The notes: a model not told the origin generated them from the letters alone. Positions 49,860-62,120 are shown, numbered from the whole stretch's first letter. The stretch is 63,837 nucleotides of DNA, filler included, from Rhabdomonas costata (GCA_019059605.1; 26 parts of 26 records of this genome joined end to end with filler, not necessarily neighbours in it), one strand, 5' to 3'. Numbers and translations are program-made.

Positions 49860-50444
49860 AACAAAAAACTACACAAACCACACCGTCTACATGACATAAA
49901 ATTGCATTAAAATGTCTCGCCCTCTCGGTTATTTGTATTGCTATTAATGATGATGTGGTGATGGGTGATGTACCTAGATATAAACGCAGAATCTTCATTG
50001 CAGTGCACTCAAAATCAGATTTTCTGCTTTCGCAAAGCTCATCCACAAAAAATTTGTACCCAAAATTCCGTTAGCCGTTTCTGCTTAACTTCAACAACTG
50101 GGTGGTTCAACAATCGTGGGTGGCTTTGATAGGATGAAGAAGGCATATGATGATATCTAATATTGTTATTGCATTCGATTGTGTATAATTTAATTAAGAA
50201 ATTTTAATTCCCATTGTAACAATTAATTAATTTTTGTTATGTTAACCAGCGTTATCACACAGCGTTTCGGGAGGCTACTAAAGAACCTAAACCTGTTTCG
50301 GCGTAGCCCGGAAGTTATTATACTATATTATGTGATAAACGTTATTTTTACGACGATAAGCGTTATTGATAAGCGTTATTATTTAATGTGGTAAATAAAA
50401 CCTTAATAAAATAAAATAAAACCTTAAAAAGATAATAAAACCTG
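49860..50444 (-). mobile_element. Probable non-autonomous hAT-like transposon remnant
   Basis: AT-rich block with a candidate terminus CAGGTTTTATT (minus strand, from 50444) and subterminal GATAAGCGTTAT-like repeats (about 50250-50380). Peptides KQKRLTEFW and MKILRLYLGTSPITTSS...ERARHFNAILCHV resemble the hAT N-terminus and dimerisation tail. The second TIR was not found. Confidence 0.42.
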
Positions 50445-51649
50445 GGGACTTTTTCGGGTGAGGACCACTATTTCTGTGTTCGTGTGTGTATGTGTGTCTA
50501 TTCTTGCTGTGATATTTTCGGTTTGCTTGAACATGGGCTTGGGGGTGTGAAATCAGTTCCGCAGTCAGTTTATTATCTTTTATCTTTGGTCTCAACCTGT
50601 CATTCGGATTCATTTGTCATTTGTGCATTTGTTTGTTGGTGTTGTTGGTGTTAAAGTCTCCTTATGGGCAGCAGTGCTGATCGCTTTCGATGCATCCCTA
50701 TGCCATATCAAAAGAATGTTTTCCCCGCTTGTTTCTTTCCTGTCTGGTCCCTGCCTCGTCCAACAAGCTGCTACCTTTTGTACCCCCACCCGACCTCATC
50801 CCGCCACAAATGTTCGTGAAAGTCCCCCACCCGTATTTTTGGCGTTCCCCTTATAGTAACTCAATTCAAAAGCATGTGTCATCTTCTATTAGTGACGACT
50901 GATGGCAGCCGCCTCCCCATTGCCCTGCCGAGGTCTACCTCAGCCAGGTGAACGAGTTCCATCCCGCTCCACCATTTTGTAAGCACAATGCCAACGTTGT
51001 AATCCCAAATGTTGGCAACGTCTTGGGTTCAATTCCAAAACGCTTTCAATACAAGCGTGTATACACAGTGTGGGGCTTCGGAGGACAGTTATTACAGGAA
51101 GCAATGGTTCACAATGCTACACAGTTGTGGGTTCAAATCCCAGTACACACTTTTCTTTTGCCACCTCTGGATCGCAGAGGAAACTGATGTACATTCCAGA
51201 AAACTTGGCCCAAGCAGTCGGGTTGACACAGAGTCCCTTCCAAGCTCCTCGAGCGAGACAACACGCGAAAGAGTATTCGACCCGTGCACTGGACCCCCCC
51301 TTTCGTCCCGAACCCAAGGTTTGGCAAAGGAGCCAGTGACTTCCAATGCGATTCCCCCCCCTGCTGGTGGCCAGGAAGTCTTCCATACTTATGGTGCAGA
51401 CAGCTGTGTGATGTGAACTCTCCGGTGCACAACAACAACGGGAGCGGTTACATTTGGGACATTTGGGTTGGCCCCCCATACCCTGTGTGCATGCATCGAC
51501 ATGAGGCAACGCCCCCTCTCCAACTGCAGTGCTTACACCTACCCCCACANNNNNNNNNNNNNNNNNNNNNNNNNNNNNNNNNNNNNNNNNNNNTTAATTA
51601 ATTAANNNNNNNNNNNNNNNNNNNNNNNNNNNNNNNNNNNNNNNNNNNN

Positions 51650-53950
51650 GGTGGTGGGTTCAGTGCCCGTGTCCACTCCTGTACGCCGGCGGGGATCATC
51701 CCCGGCCTGCGTGGACACGGCCAATGCTGTGGTGCGATGGGGCGACGCCACATTGGTGGGGCTGCGGGTCAGGCTGGCCAGCTCGCGGACCTGGTTCAGC
51801 GCCACGTTGAAGTAGTGCCGCACATGGAACAGCCCCTTGGACAGCTTTCGAACCTTTGGGGTAGGCAAAGGAGCCGCACACACAGTGTCGCAGCAAAGGA
51901 GGGGACTTGATGTGGTAGGGATGCTGCTGCTGCTTTTGCTGGAAGAGAAGAACAGAGAACTGTTGAGCGGAGCAGCGAGCAGCCTCGTGACCAACGCGAC
52001 GCGTGCGCAAGTGGATATACAAAGATATATCCAACACATACGCAAAGCCAGCGCTCTGCGTTTCAAGGGTGGCAAAACGAGAAGGAGAAAAAATACAGAT
52101 GAGGTCAACGAGACAGATACTCACTATCTAACGCTCATCTGCTCATGGCCCTGGCACGGAGGCATATCCACTTCTCTGGGGAGGAATCCTTTCTTTTTGT
52201 TAACGATCAACGGTCAATGTCCTAGTCTGTTCAAGCTAGTGGCATATCAACATTGGCAACATGACCACGGACCACCAAATATGCAATCGCTGTATGCCTA
52301 AGGTGCTCAGAATCGCTGAGAGAGAGACGCGCACGCCGACCTCCGCCTCGAGAGAGGTGGCGGCCTTCAGGTCGCTGACTCCCGTGGTGACCTTCTCCAC
52401 GAAGAACATGTGGCTGCCCGCGGGCACAATCTCCACGTTGCCCGCTGAGAGGACCTGCAGCTGGCTCCGCGCCAGCTGCTCCGACACCACGTGGAATACC
52501 CCCGCAAGCTGTGGGAAAGGTGCGCACAGGCATTACATAAAAGATGCTCCACCCCCCCCCTCCTCCACCGTCATCGTGACGCGCACAAAGTAGTAAGCCA
52601 CAGCGAGAAAACGAAATCGCCACTGGCGATCAAAAAGCTACTCTCGTCACAGATAGCCCATAGGCACGAAACTTCTGCGAAAACGCCGAAAAGAAAATAG
52701 AGCCGAAGAACACTTCAAAACAGGCCGCACATGTTGAGCAACGCTTAACTGGGGAAAGCTAACAAGGCCAGCGACGTGAACGAGTTGTTTTGGGACGAAG
52801 GCAAAGAGCAGGCAAAACCGAAAAATGAAGGGAGAAATGTGTCCACCAACAAAACAAACGCACAGCAGACCCCTTCTATCTGTTAAGCAGAAGGCATTCA
52901 CTCGAGCAATGCCTTGACTTAGCGTGGGGAAATGCCGAAACAGTGTGTGGGTGGAATGCAGACCTCTTTTGTGAACAGCCCCATGACCTCGTGGCAGGCT
53001 CCCTCATTTCGAGCACTCTGCTCATACTGTGAAATTCCCCAACCCTCGCCCCACCATGCAGAGCCCCACTCGCTGATATAAACTCGAAGGGACAAAAGAA
53101 ACGAGGTAAAGATGTGGCGATAATGCCACAGGTTTGTCGGACGGGTGGTACCGTGTAAAAATGTTGGAGGGAAAGAAGATACAAAACTGGGGGGAAGACA
53201 GATCAGAACATACAATAAGCCCAAGTCCCTTATTGAAACTTCAACCGCCGTCTCAGTCCTCGTCGTGCACACAGGAACCCACCCAAAAGATATGGGGAAC
53301 GTTTTTCTGAGTCGAGTTGGGAAGGGAGTGACGAGTGATGAAACAAAGAGAGGGAGGGGGTACCCGGGCAATCTTTGCGAAGGCAATCGTCTTCATCGCC
53401 ACCACGGCGCTGTCCTCGATCATGGCGGCCTTGGCGGCCTCCCTCATGGCATTGCACTTCGCACGGGCGTCCTGCACCTGCCGCCACAGCAGCTGCAGGC
53501 GCACCCGGAGCTGCGGCAAGTTGGCCTTGTGGAGGGTGTTGGTGAGCTCCACAATTCGTCTGTTCCAAGAGACCACAGATGGCTATGTTGAGTCTTGTCT
53601 AACATATGCACGTCATCCTCATTTTCCTATCCAAAAAGATACAAGATAAGCATCGCAAATGAACCCTCAGAACTTCACAATAACAATCAACACTCGAACA
53701 CACGCACACATACTCACATCCACACGGCACATATGAGTTTGGAGTTCTCCTCTAGGCGGGCTTCTGCGCTTCCCCCCGCGGCCGCTGCTTTTGGGGGACC
53801 ATCCCTTCCTCCACTGCTGGACGGAGGATACACCCACAAGGGCAAGAAAAAAAACTGAAGCGATATACCCTGTGCCCTGTGTACCCTGTGCCTCTGCTGA
53901 GGAAGCCTTGATTCTGCTCGTCAACACAGCCTCATCAATCTCAACATCCT
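51650..53950 (-). CDS. Unknown coiled-coil protein, partial (exons include 53364-53559, 52341-52508, 51650-51853)
   Basis: Phase-consistent GC3-rich exons: RIVELTNTLHKANLPQLRVRLQLLW..., LAGVFHVVSEQLARSQL..., VRKLSKGLFHVRHYFNVALNQV... Confidence 0.62.
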
Positions 53951-54411
53951 AAAAAAGGGAACATAGGTATCGCTCCATGAAATTAGCCCTGACAGGCCCC
54001 AACCAACACCNNNNNNNNNNNNNNNNNNNNNNNNNNNNNNNNNNNNNNNNNNNNTTAATTAATTAANNNNNNNNNNNNNNNNNNNNNNNNNNNNNNNNNN
54101 NNNNNNNNNNACCGGTGTGCCGGGGTGGGGGGGGAGTGATGGCGGGAATATGAAGATCCACTCTCTTTCGTTATTTCCCTTCTGGTCAGCAGCAGCAACA
54201 GCAGCTCCGCCCCACCCGCTCCTCCACAGCCCTCCTCTATTTTCCAATTCGCCAGCATGCAAGGTGGCGAGCTCTCCTCTCCGTAGTATGCCCTGTCTCC
54301 AACATCTGCAGGAGACCGTGCATAGACTTGTGCCGGGCGCTTTCTTTTTCTCTCTGATATGCGGTGCATGGTTTCTCTTGTGACTGTAGAAGTCGGGGGT
54401 GGGGTTTGCAG

Positions 54412-56252
54412 CGCTGTTTCTCTCGCCCCGGAGCCCGAGCAGCCGCAGCTTCGGCTGCAGCTCGGGCTGATCTACGCCGCCCTGGGGCAGCGCACTACGG
54501 TCTCTCTCGCTCGCTCGCTTTGTGTGCGTCGCTTTTACTTACATATTTTTCTGCCTTTCTTATATGCTGCAGCGCCTACAAGGGGATAAGTAGAGAAATG
54601 CAACATCATGGCGCTCTTCCACCAATTGTCGCAACCCTCCTCCTCCCCTGTTTTCTCCGCCAAATGCCCCTTTTCCATGGTTTCCATGGAGCCGTCATTA
54701 TGGGCCCGTGCTTATCCCCACCCGCCTATGCGCAGGCGATTGGGCACCTACTCTACGTCGCGGAGTCCTCGCTACAGGAGGTGAGTTCCCCTCCCTGTCC
54801 AAGCGTGCCGCTGCTCGCTGTGTGGCCCCCTAACACATACACATCATTTTCTGTCCTTCATGTGCCCGTTGATGAGGTTATGTGTGATTGTGTGGTGGGT
54901 TGGTCTCGGGCTTACCATGTGTTGTTCTTTAATTAACTGAAAAAAATCATACGGATTTCTTTGTGTTGCTTGCTGAGAGATTGCGTTGCTTGGGGTTCTG
55001 GGGGCGCAGGCAGACTAAACGCCTATAGCTATCGCTTTTGTGTTTTGGGGATGGGATGACATGTGGTGGTTACACTTTTGAAAAAATCTGCAAAAGCCTG
55101 CACAGCGGGTGTGGTGGCGACGGCGGTGGACCACCTGGTACGGCTGGGGCTGTACTGGCCGGCACAGGCCCTTCCGGAGCTGCAGAAGGCGTTCGCACTA
55201 CACCCCACGGCGGAGGCCGCGCTGGGTCTCACGGAAGCCTTCCTGCTGCGGCGCAGGTATATATGGTCATCTCCTTCTGCCCAGAGCGTAGTCAATGTTC
55301 GGTTCAGTGGGCGCAGTCGAGGTCTCTCAGGAACCTCCGCCCCAGACAGCATAGGGGTTACTCATCTGCAAAGCAAAAAACATTTGTGTTGCAGTTCACG
55401 CCTTTCCCCTCATCCTCACTCCTCCAAGCCAGAATCCCATCTGGGACTAACAACCAATAATTTGTGAAAAGAAAATGCCTGTTGTATGGTGTTTGCTGTC
55501 AGCAGAAAGCACAGGAATTGGCCTTGACCCCCTTTGCCGTTCGTTGTTGCCTCCATATGGGCACCTGAATCGTCCACTTTTTCCCGCGGATGCGCGCACA
55601 AAACAGGTTTGCTGAGGCGCAGGAGATGCTGGACCGCGTCTTGAAGCACGCCGCTGTGCCTACGGAGACGACGGCGATCACCACCGCCGAGGACGCGCTC
55701 CGCTTCATCTCTGAGGTCCTTGCCCTTTATCTCCGACCCTCAGTCCCCACACAAACAAATACTTCAGAAGCAGCTGTTTGAGAGGGGCTTGTTGGCAGGG
55801 GTTATCTCTTCTGCGCTGTTCCATGGCTCCCGAAACAGCTCTGACGGAGTGGCGCATGCCCTGGCTTGGGTTTCATTGCCTTTAAATGGGAAGGACTTTA
55901 TCACAACGTGCGGGATTGGTGCACAGAAAATATCCTTTAAGAGTTCAGCGTTCGGCTTTTTCAATCCTGACTCGGCTTCTTGCTGCCTGCATATAGGTTT
56001 CCTCTTCAGTAGCGCAGTCACGTTTGCTGTCATCCCAAGCAATGTTACCATTGCTCTTGCTCAACTTCAATTGCGCTGCTCATGTTACATTCCTGTGTGT
56101 ACTCTCCTATGTTGTTGACTTCGCAGGCTGAACTGAGGCTTCGGCTGGGGTGGCTGTTGCTGCCCAGCCGCCTGCCCCCACCATGGTGGGGCTTTTTTCG
56201 CGACCCCTTCCGGGGCACCGACCCTGCGCTGCAGATGCTCCGCAAGGCCGAG
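54412..56252 (+). CDS. TPR-like repeat protein, partial (exons 54412-54499, 54736-54780, about 55096-55256, 55607-55715, 56127-56252)
   Basis: LRLQLGLIYAALGQRTTAIGHL; ALPELQKAFALHPTAEAALGLTEAFLLRRRFAEAQEMLDRVL; AELRLRLGWLL. One junction has a phase conflict (see findings). Confidence 0.68.
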
Positions 56253-57479
56253 GTGAACCCCCACCCCGGGACTCTCACACATCATCCGACTCCAATCCCA
56301 TACGAACCCCGTTCCACCGAAACCTACGGGAAAGTGCATCTAGTAAGGTTTCACCGAATAGGACAGGAAAGAGCACTGCGCTTTTCCCATCTCACCCATG
56401 GCACCATGACGCCATGAAACTTCATCCCGTGAAAAAAAAACTGCGATCAAGATTCTGAAGATTCCGNNNNNNNNNNNNNNNNNNNNNNNNNNNNNNNNNN
56501 NNNNNNNNNNTTAATTAATTAANNNNNNNNNNNNNNNNNNNNNNNNNNNNNNNNNNNNNNNNNNNNGTGGGGGGGTGTAAATTCACGCTGCGGTTGAAAT
56601 GAGCGCAACCGAATTTGTCCCTTCCGCTGCCGGCAACCCCAAAGTTCCTGAGAAGGGCAAAAAAAAAACACTGTCTTCTTCGTGCTGTGGAGTATTGCGG
56701 GACGCACCAAGGGCCCAGGGCAGATGCACTGCATCTAAAGGCTCCACAGAAATGGCACAGAGTTTATTTCAATTTCCGAGGGAAGAGGAGACGGGTTGTG
56801 CGAGCTGGAGCAGTGGTTGGAGAAGGGGAGTGAAACCGGGGGCACTCGAGGGGCGCTCGGCAGCAAGGGAAAGTAATGCGCTGCCGAAACCGACGGGCGA
56901 GGCCGGGGCACATGGGGGGTCTGTAGGGCCCGGGCAAGCATCGAGCGCGGCACCCGTGATCTGCCAGATGTGCCACAGGTGACAACGTGACAGAAAGCCG
57001 GGCGTCTCCGCATATTGCATCCCCCCTTCTCCACTCTCCAGAACGCTGAATTGCAATTGTTATCCTTCCAGCAGTCTAACTTTCGCACAACGAGCGGTCA
57101 CACCGGGCCCGCTGTAGGGCGAGGATCTCCCGGGCTGCCACGCATGTTGGCAAGTTTTTCGTGCTTTTTTTGGCTAAAAATTCACCCGTTTTTTTAACGA
57201 TCGCAAGTGGACCTCCGCATCTGCATCGCCTCCTTTTCAAGTATTTCGCCTCCCAAAAAAAAACCTTCGACTGACTCAAACCTCAGGTCTTGATCCCCAA
57301 AAAGCAAAGAAAATGCAATGTGCAGTCCACTTTGAGACCATTTCAAAGACAAGACAAGTTCGACAAGGTTACCATAAAACTTCATCCAACAGCCAAGTCA
57401 GAGACAATCCACCACCTGTCACATCTTCCCTTCACCTCCTGAGCAACCCTATCTGTGAAAAACCACGCACGGCGCCAAC

Positions 57480-58395
57480 CTGATGTACTTGTCCCAGGTG
57501 TAGACGGTGGGTACCAGCTCCTGGATTTGCAGATAGTCCTTGCTACGGTAGTGAATCTTCACCGTGCACGACGGCTGCTCAGAGACGGGGCGCAAGTACC
57601 GGAACTGCTCGAAGGCCCAGTCCACGCTGCGCTCCTATATGTTTTGGCCAATGCGAGTGCACAAAGAAATAACCCAACCGCTAAGCGAAAAATATTCAGA
57701 CGGAGGGTAAATGATCAGTTCTGGTGGTTCAACGACGCAAAATTTGTCAACCGTGATGAGAGGTCATTTACCGTGATGAGTGGTCATTTCTGACCACCAT
57801 TTCTCATCACCACCATTTCTGTCATTTCTTCATGAGTTAAGACGCCGTTCCCGTGCTCCAACTACGAAGTCCAAGTCCAACGAACAGGCCTGTTCCTGTG
57901 GCTGTGAGGACTCGCAAAACGGACACATTGGCGCCACACAAGCCTTAATTTTGCTGAAATGCTTGTGCTTGTGCTCGACACAAGAACCGAGCAACAATTC
58001 CCTTTCGCGGCACCCCCCGTACCTCGCCGAACGTTGTGGTGATCTCGATCTTCTTCGCGGAGTCAGGACGGGAAACCTGCGCGTGTGCGCGTGACACGGA
58101 CACCACCCGTTGCTGCGCCAAGGGGTGGTCGACCTCACAGCCTATTTTGGCTTTGGAACCAATCCAATTGTTGGTCAGTCTGCAGAGCCCAACAGGCAGT
58201 TTCGTGGGAAGGCATCAGGAATGCGAGGACAATCGATGGGTGCTGGTGAAGGAGGAAAATATATGGCTGCCGTGCCTGCACGGGAGGGCGCTGGGAGGCC
58301 AGCTCCGTTAGGGCGCTGCGGATCTCCTCCGCGGAGGGGTCAATCTCCGCGCTGTGGGCAGTGGCCAGGAAGAAGTCCAGCACTATGCATCCCGC
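57480..58395 (-). CDS. Unknown protein, possibly a DEG/ENaC-like pre-TM2 region (exons 58276-58395, 58023-58076, 57480-57634)
   Basis: In-phase exons AGCIVLDFFL...PPVQ-VSRPDSAKKIEITTTFGE-ERSVDWAFEQFRYLRPVSEQPSCTVKIHYRSKDYLQIQELVPTVYTWDKYI(S/R). Coding status is likely; the family is tentative. Confidence 0.55.
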
Positions 58396-60235
58396 CTGCC
58401 AAAGCCCGAAACCCACACACATAGCAAACTAAGTTGCTGAGCACGGGTGCCTCTACGCCACACCCCAGTGGCCTAGTCCCCAAGTTGTCGTCAGAATTAG
58501 CATGCACACCGCTCTGATCACGAACACTACTCACGACAGCAGCAGGCTGCACCGTGAGCTGACAGTTTTCACCTTTCTCATTACATAACGCCGCGAAAGC
58601 ATAAGAAGGCATAATTATGGCTAAAAAAGGACTAGCGCCAAGTCTCTCCATTTCGGGGGTGTTAAATGCTCTTACCAAGTTACCGAGGTCCGCGCCTCAA
58701 GTAACACTTAGAAACTCTTAGAAAGGATGGCTGGACGAGCTCGCCCCCCCCCCTGCGGAGAGTTTGGTTGCGGGTGAACACGCAAGCAAGAACGCAAGCA
58801 GGAACAGCAGACCTCGCCAGTCCTCTCCTCTGTCGGGGGCCTAGCCGTCTGCAGGTGAGGCTCCGCGAAGGACATGGGACGGATCTTGTCCACGGACTCC
58901 CGAAAGCTGAGCCCCCACAACNNNNNNNNNNNNNNNNNNNNNNNNNNNNNNNNNNNNNNNNNNNNTTAATTAATTAANNNNNNNNNNNNNNNNNNNNNNN
59001 NNNNNNNNNNNNNNNNNNNNNTGTTTTGTTGTTCGCATTCGGGAGTGCCTGCTTATTGGCAAGGTTGAACGAATACCCAATTGTAATGAAGATGCTCCAT
59101 TCATCCATCGTGGTTCGTCAAGTTTCTTGAAGAAGGCTGCCGAATGCAGGGGTCACCTCAGAAGATCTCAATTTTGTTTACATTGGTTTTTGGTTTTTGT
59201 TCCAGTTACTTCGAGTCGAAAGTTAATCATACTCTTGTGGCCGTATACATTGTTTGCCCGCGAGTTGCTGAGCTGGATCCGCCGTACGCTGTGCAAGGTG
59301 ATATCCATCGGTCCGAGGCTCCATCCCTTGCACAAATTTTGACAGGGCAAAGAGGGGTGAATAGGGGGGGGGGGCGTAGGTCCTGTAAGCCAGAGAACCT
59401 GCATTAGCTTCATGAAAATTGTAGAAATGCTTAGTCTTCCCTCCTCCTTTGTTCGGTGTATTACTGAAGCTTCGATTTTTTTCGGAATTTTTCCGTATGA
59501 GCCGACCGAGCAGGCTTATGAGAAAACAAACGACCGGCAAAAGCTGCCTTGAACTCTTGTTTACAAAAGAAACGCGCATCCTGTCTAGTGGAAGGATCGT
59601 TCACTGTCAAATGCTGTACTGGGGTTACCTGCTTAGCGATACGGAGTATTGATATGTGGCCGCGCTTGTACGACTGAACACCGGACACCGAACACCCTAC
59701 ACCTGATACGTACAAGTGCGGTATTCGGGACCCCCCCAAAAAAAATATGGGCGCAGACAACTGGTTGCCCGGGGCTCATTAAATTCCCTCGGTTGTCGGC
59801 GGTTTGTTCGAAGTTCTTGTTCACCTAATTTTACCTGGCGGGCAATGAAGTCCCGACTAAGCAGTGCTGACAGTCCGTCTCTGTCATTGATGTCTGTCTT
59901 TGTTTTGTCTCAAGCCTAAAAAAATCCCCATCAGATTAAAGCGAAACCTACTCCGGCGCCGCATGACTGGTAACAAAATGGTCGCATTCAGAAATCAAAA
60001 TACCAGAAATCTGGGTGTGCAGTTCCGCCAAGGACTACATGAGTGGCTGCACCGCGCCTTCATCGTCATGCTCCTGTGTGGTTCTTGTTGCATGTTGCAG
60101 TGCCGTTCTTGGTCGGTTCCCTGCTTGCCCGGCTTGACTTTGTGAACACAAGACGACAGCTTCAGATGCGGGGGATATTTCGGTTCGATCGAGAAATGCG
60201 AGTCCTGCTCTTTCTGCCACTGATCACCTTTTCAG

Positions 60236-61133
60236 ATCGACGCGGGACAAGTGACCGAAGTCGGTGAGCTGAAGCTGATGTCTGTCCTGTTTGTGAACTT
60301 GGAGTTGCCCCTCACCGTGAAGAAGTGTTGTGGAGGGGTATGCACAACGTTTCCTCTCTCTGGCACTTGCGAACCATGTCACGAAGTGAGGAGTAATGAT
60401 CTGCCTTCATCCTTTTACCTTTTCAATGAACGTCTTTTTGCAGGACCATACTCAAACGTGAACAAGCAATCGCAACTGTCCCCAAATCAAACAAGCAATC
60501 ATTCTTTGCTTTGATGCTAATCAGGATTTGATTGAGCAACTCGTTGGCAGAAATCCACTTTCGCTCGTCTCTCAGAAAGCCAAGATCTGCTCGCTACAGA
60601 AGTCGATGCAGGCGATCCAGACTGTGGTCCAGACGTACGAGGGTGCCATCGCAAACTGCCTTGTCGACGAAAAAGGTACTCCTCAGAGTTTCACCGATGG
60701 AGGTGTTGGGGGGGGGGGTCAGAATCGTTGCAGGAGAATTTACCTGAATGAGATTGCCCTGGCCTAAGGTGACAATGTGCCAGTGAAGTTGTAGCTGCTG
60801 TCCATTAGTGAGGGTAGCCCTTGTCCTTTTATGCTGGACAGCCACCGTGTGTGTTTCTTACTTCCAAAACCATCATAATTTGACACTTTATTAAATAACT
60901 GGGCTGTGTCTTCACCACACCCCCGAATTTCGGCCTGGTTACGCTCCTCGTATTCCACGCCCTCTGCCCAATTTTTCCTTTTCAACAATCCGAAAGGCAA
61001 CTCCGTGATCGTCACGTTTGGGACGACTCAGCACGAGGATGACCCTGTGCGAGGCATTCGGGCTGCCCTCGAGATCAGCAAGAGCCTCGGCGAACTCTTC
61101 GTGAAGTGCCACATCGGAGTGACCACTGGGAAG
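60236..61133 (+). CDS. Class III nucleotide cyclase, soluble adenylyl cyclase (ADCY10)-like second catalytic domain, partial (exons 60236-60337, 60576-60675, 60997-61133)
   Basis: GELKLMSVLFVNL; LQKSMQAIQTVVQTYEGAIANCLVDEKG; VIVTFG..QHEDDPVRGIRAALEI...CHIGVTTGK. Phases are consistent. Confidence 0.85.
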
Positions 61134-61528
61134 GTAGAACCCGCATCTGCTTTCTCCGGGCTCTGCGACTCATGGCTGTCTTCAGTGAGCCGATAAAAAT
61201 GGGAAGACAGGCTTTATCTTGAGGAATAGTAATGTCGTTGCACACCAGGATTTCGGCTGTTTATTCCATTAGAAATGCACTTGTTGATGAATGTGCACTG
61301 GTTGCTTCGTCGCTTTTCAGCCGATATTCATTTCAGCATGTTGTGTTTCTGATGGTTGCAAGCCACGAACCAACCAACNNNNNNNNNNNNNNNNNNNNNN
61401 NNNNNNNNNNNNNNNNNNNNNNTTAATTAATTAANNNNNNNNNNNNNNNNNNNNNNNNNNNNNNNNNNNNNNNNNNNNTGTGGGTGCTGCAGCACCTGCT
61501 GGAGACAAGAGGAGGCCGAAGAGCTCAC

Positions 61529-61701
61529 CTTGACATCCAGCAGGTGCTGCAGCACCTTCAGCGCCACAGAATGGGGCACCGCACGTGAGCTGGCGGGGCA
61601 GCACGAGACCCAGCCCGCGAGAAGCTGCCCTGCAAGGGTAATCGCTGAGCCTCGCAGGCCGACATCCTCGTGAAGGCACAGTGACAGCAGCACGTCCCAT
61701 G
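61529..61701 (-). CDS. Internal exon of a HEAT/ARM-repeat protein
   Basis: CAG/GTGAGC-bounded: WDVLLSLCLHEDVGLRGSAITLAGQLLAGWV...VALKVLQHLLDVK (L...D..LR..A pattern). Confidence 0.6.
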
Positions 61702-62086
61702 CTGCAAGAACAGCGTTTTAACATCACACTTGGGCCCCCCGAACAGAAAAGTGATGACTTAGGTTCACCCGCTGAAGAAGAGGTAAAATTTAGCCAAAAT
61801 CTCGCTCTGCTAACACGCGCACATGCTTCGAGTGCTTTTAGACACGCACCAATAGAATTAATAGAATTAAGAACATCATATTCTCAAATTGCCCGCAAAC
61901 CCAAGCTTCGAACGACTGACACCAGCTCAAAAGTAGCTCAACACAAGGAGGTTACCATAGCTCATCGAGCGAAACGATAGATCAATCTACACCCATGCAA
62001 GGGAAAGAAGAAGCAGAACAGACACACACACGCATTGAGCAGGGTGTAAAGTGCAAACACTTACCACGGAGAGCCCACCCATTTCG

Positions 62087-62112
62087 ACACACACACACAC
62101 ACACACACACAC
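62087..62112. repeat. (CA)n microsatellite, possible misjoin point
   Basis: Directly visible, between the CDGSH exon and the HEAT-gene sequence. Confidence 0.9.
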
Positions 62113-62120
62113 GTGCAGAC

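Noticed and set aside
50900..51549. Peptides WQKKSVYWDL (CACTA-like) and SMEDFL...LG (RT-like)
   Set aside because: They point to different families in different frames; too weak to call.
2364..61478. Regularly spaced TTAATTAATTAA motif every ~2.46 kb, resembling an array
   Set aside because: Always embedded in N runs; it is an artificial six-frame-stop linker.
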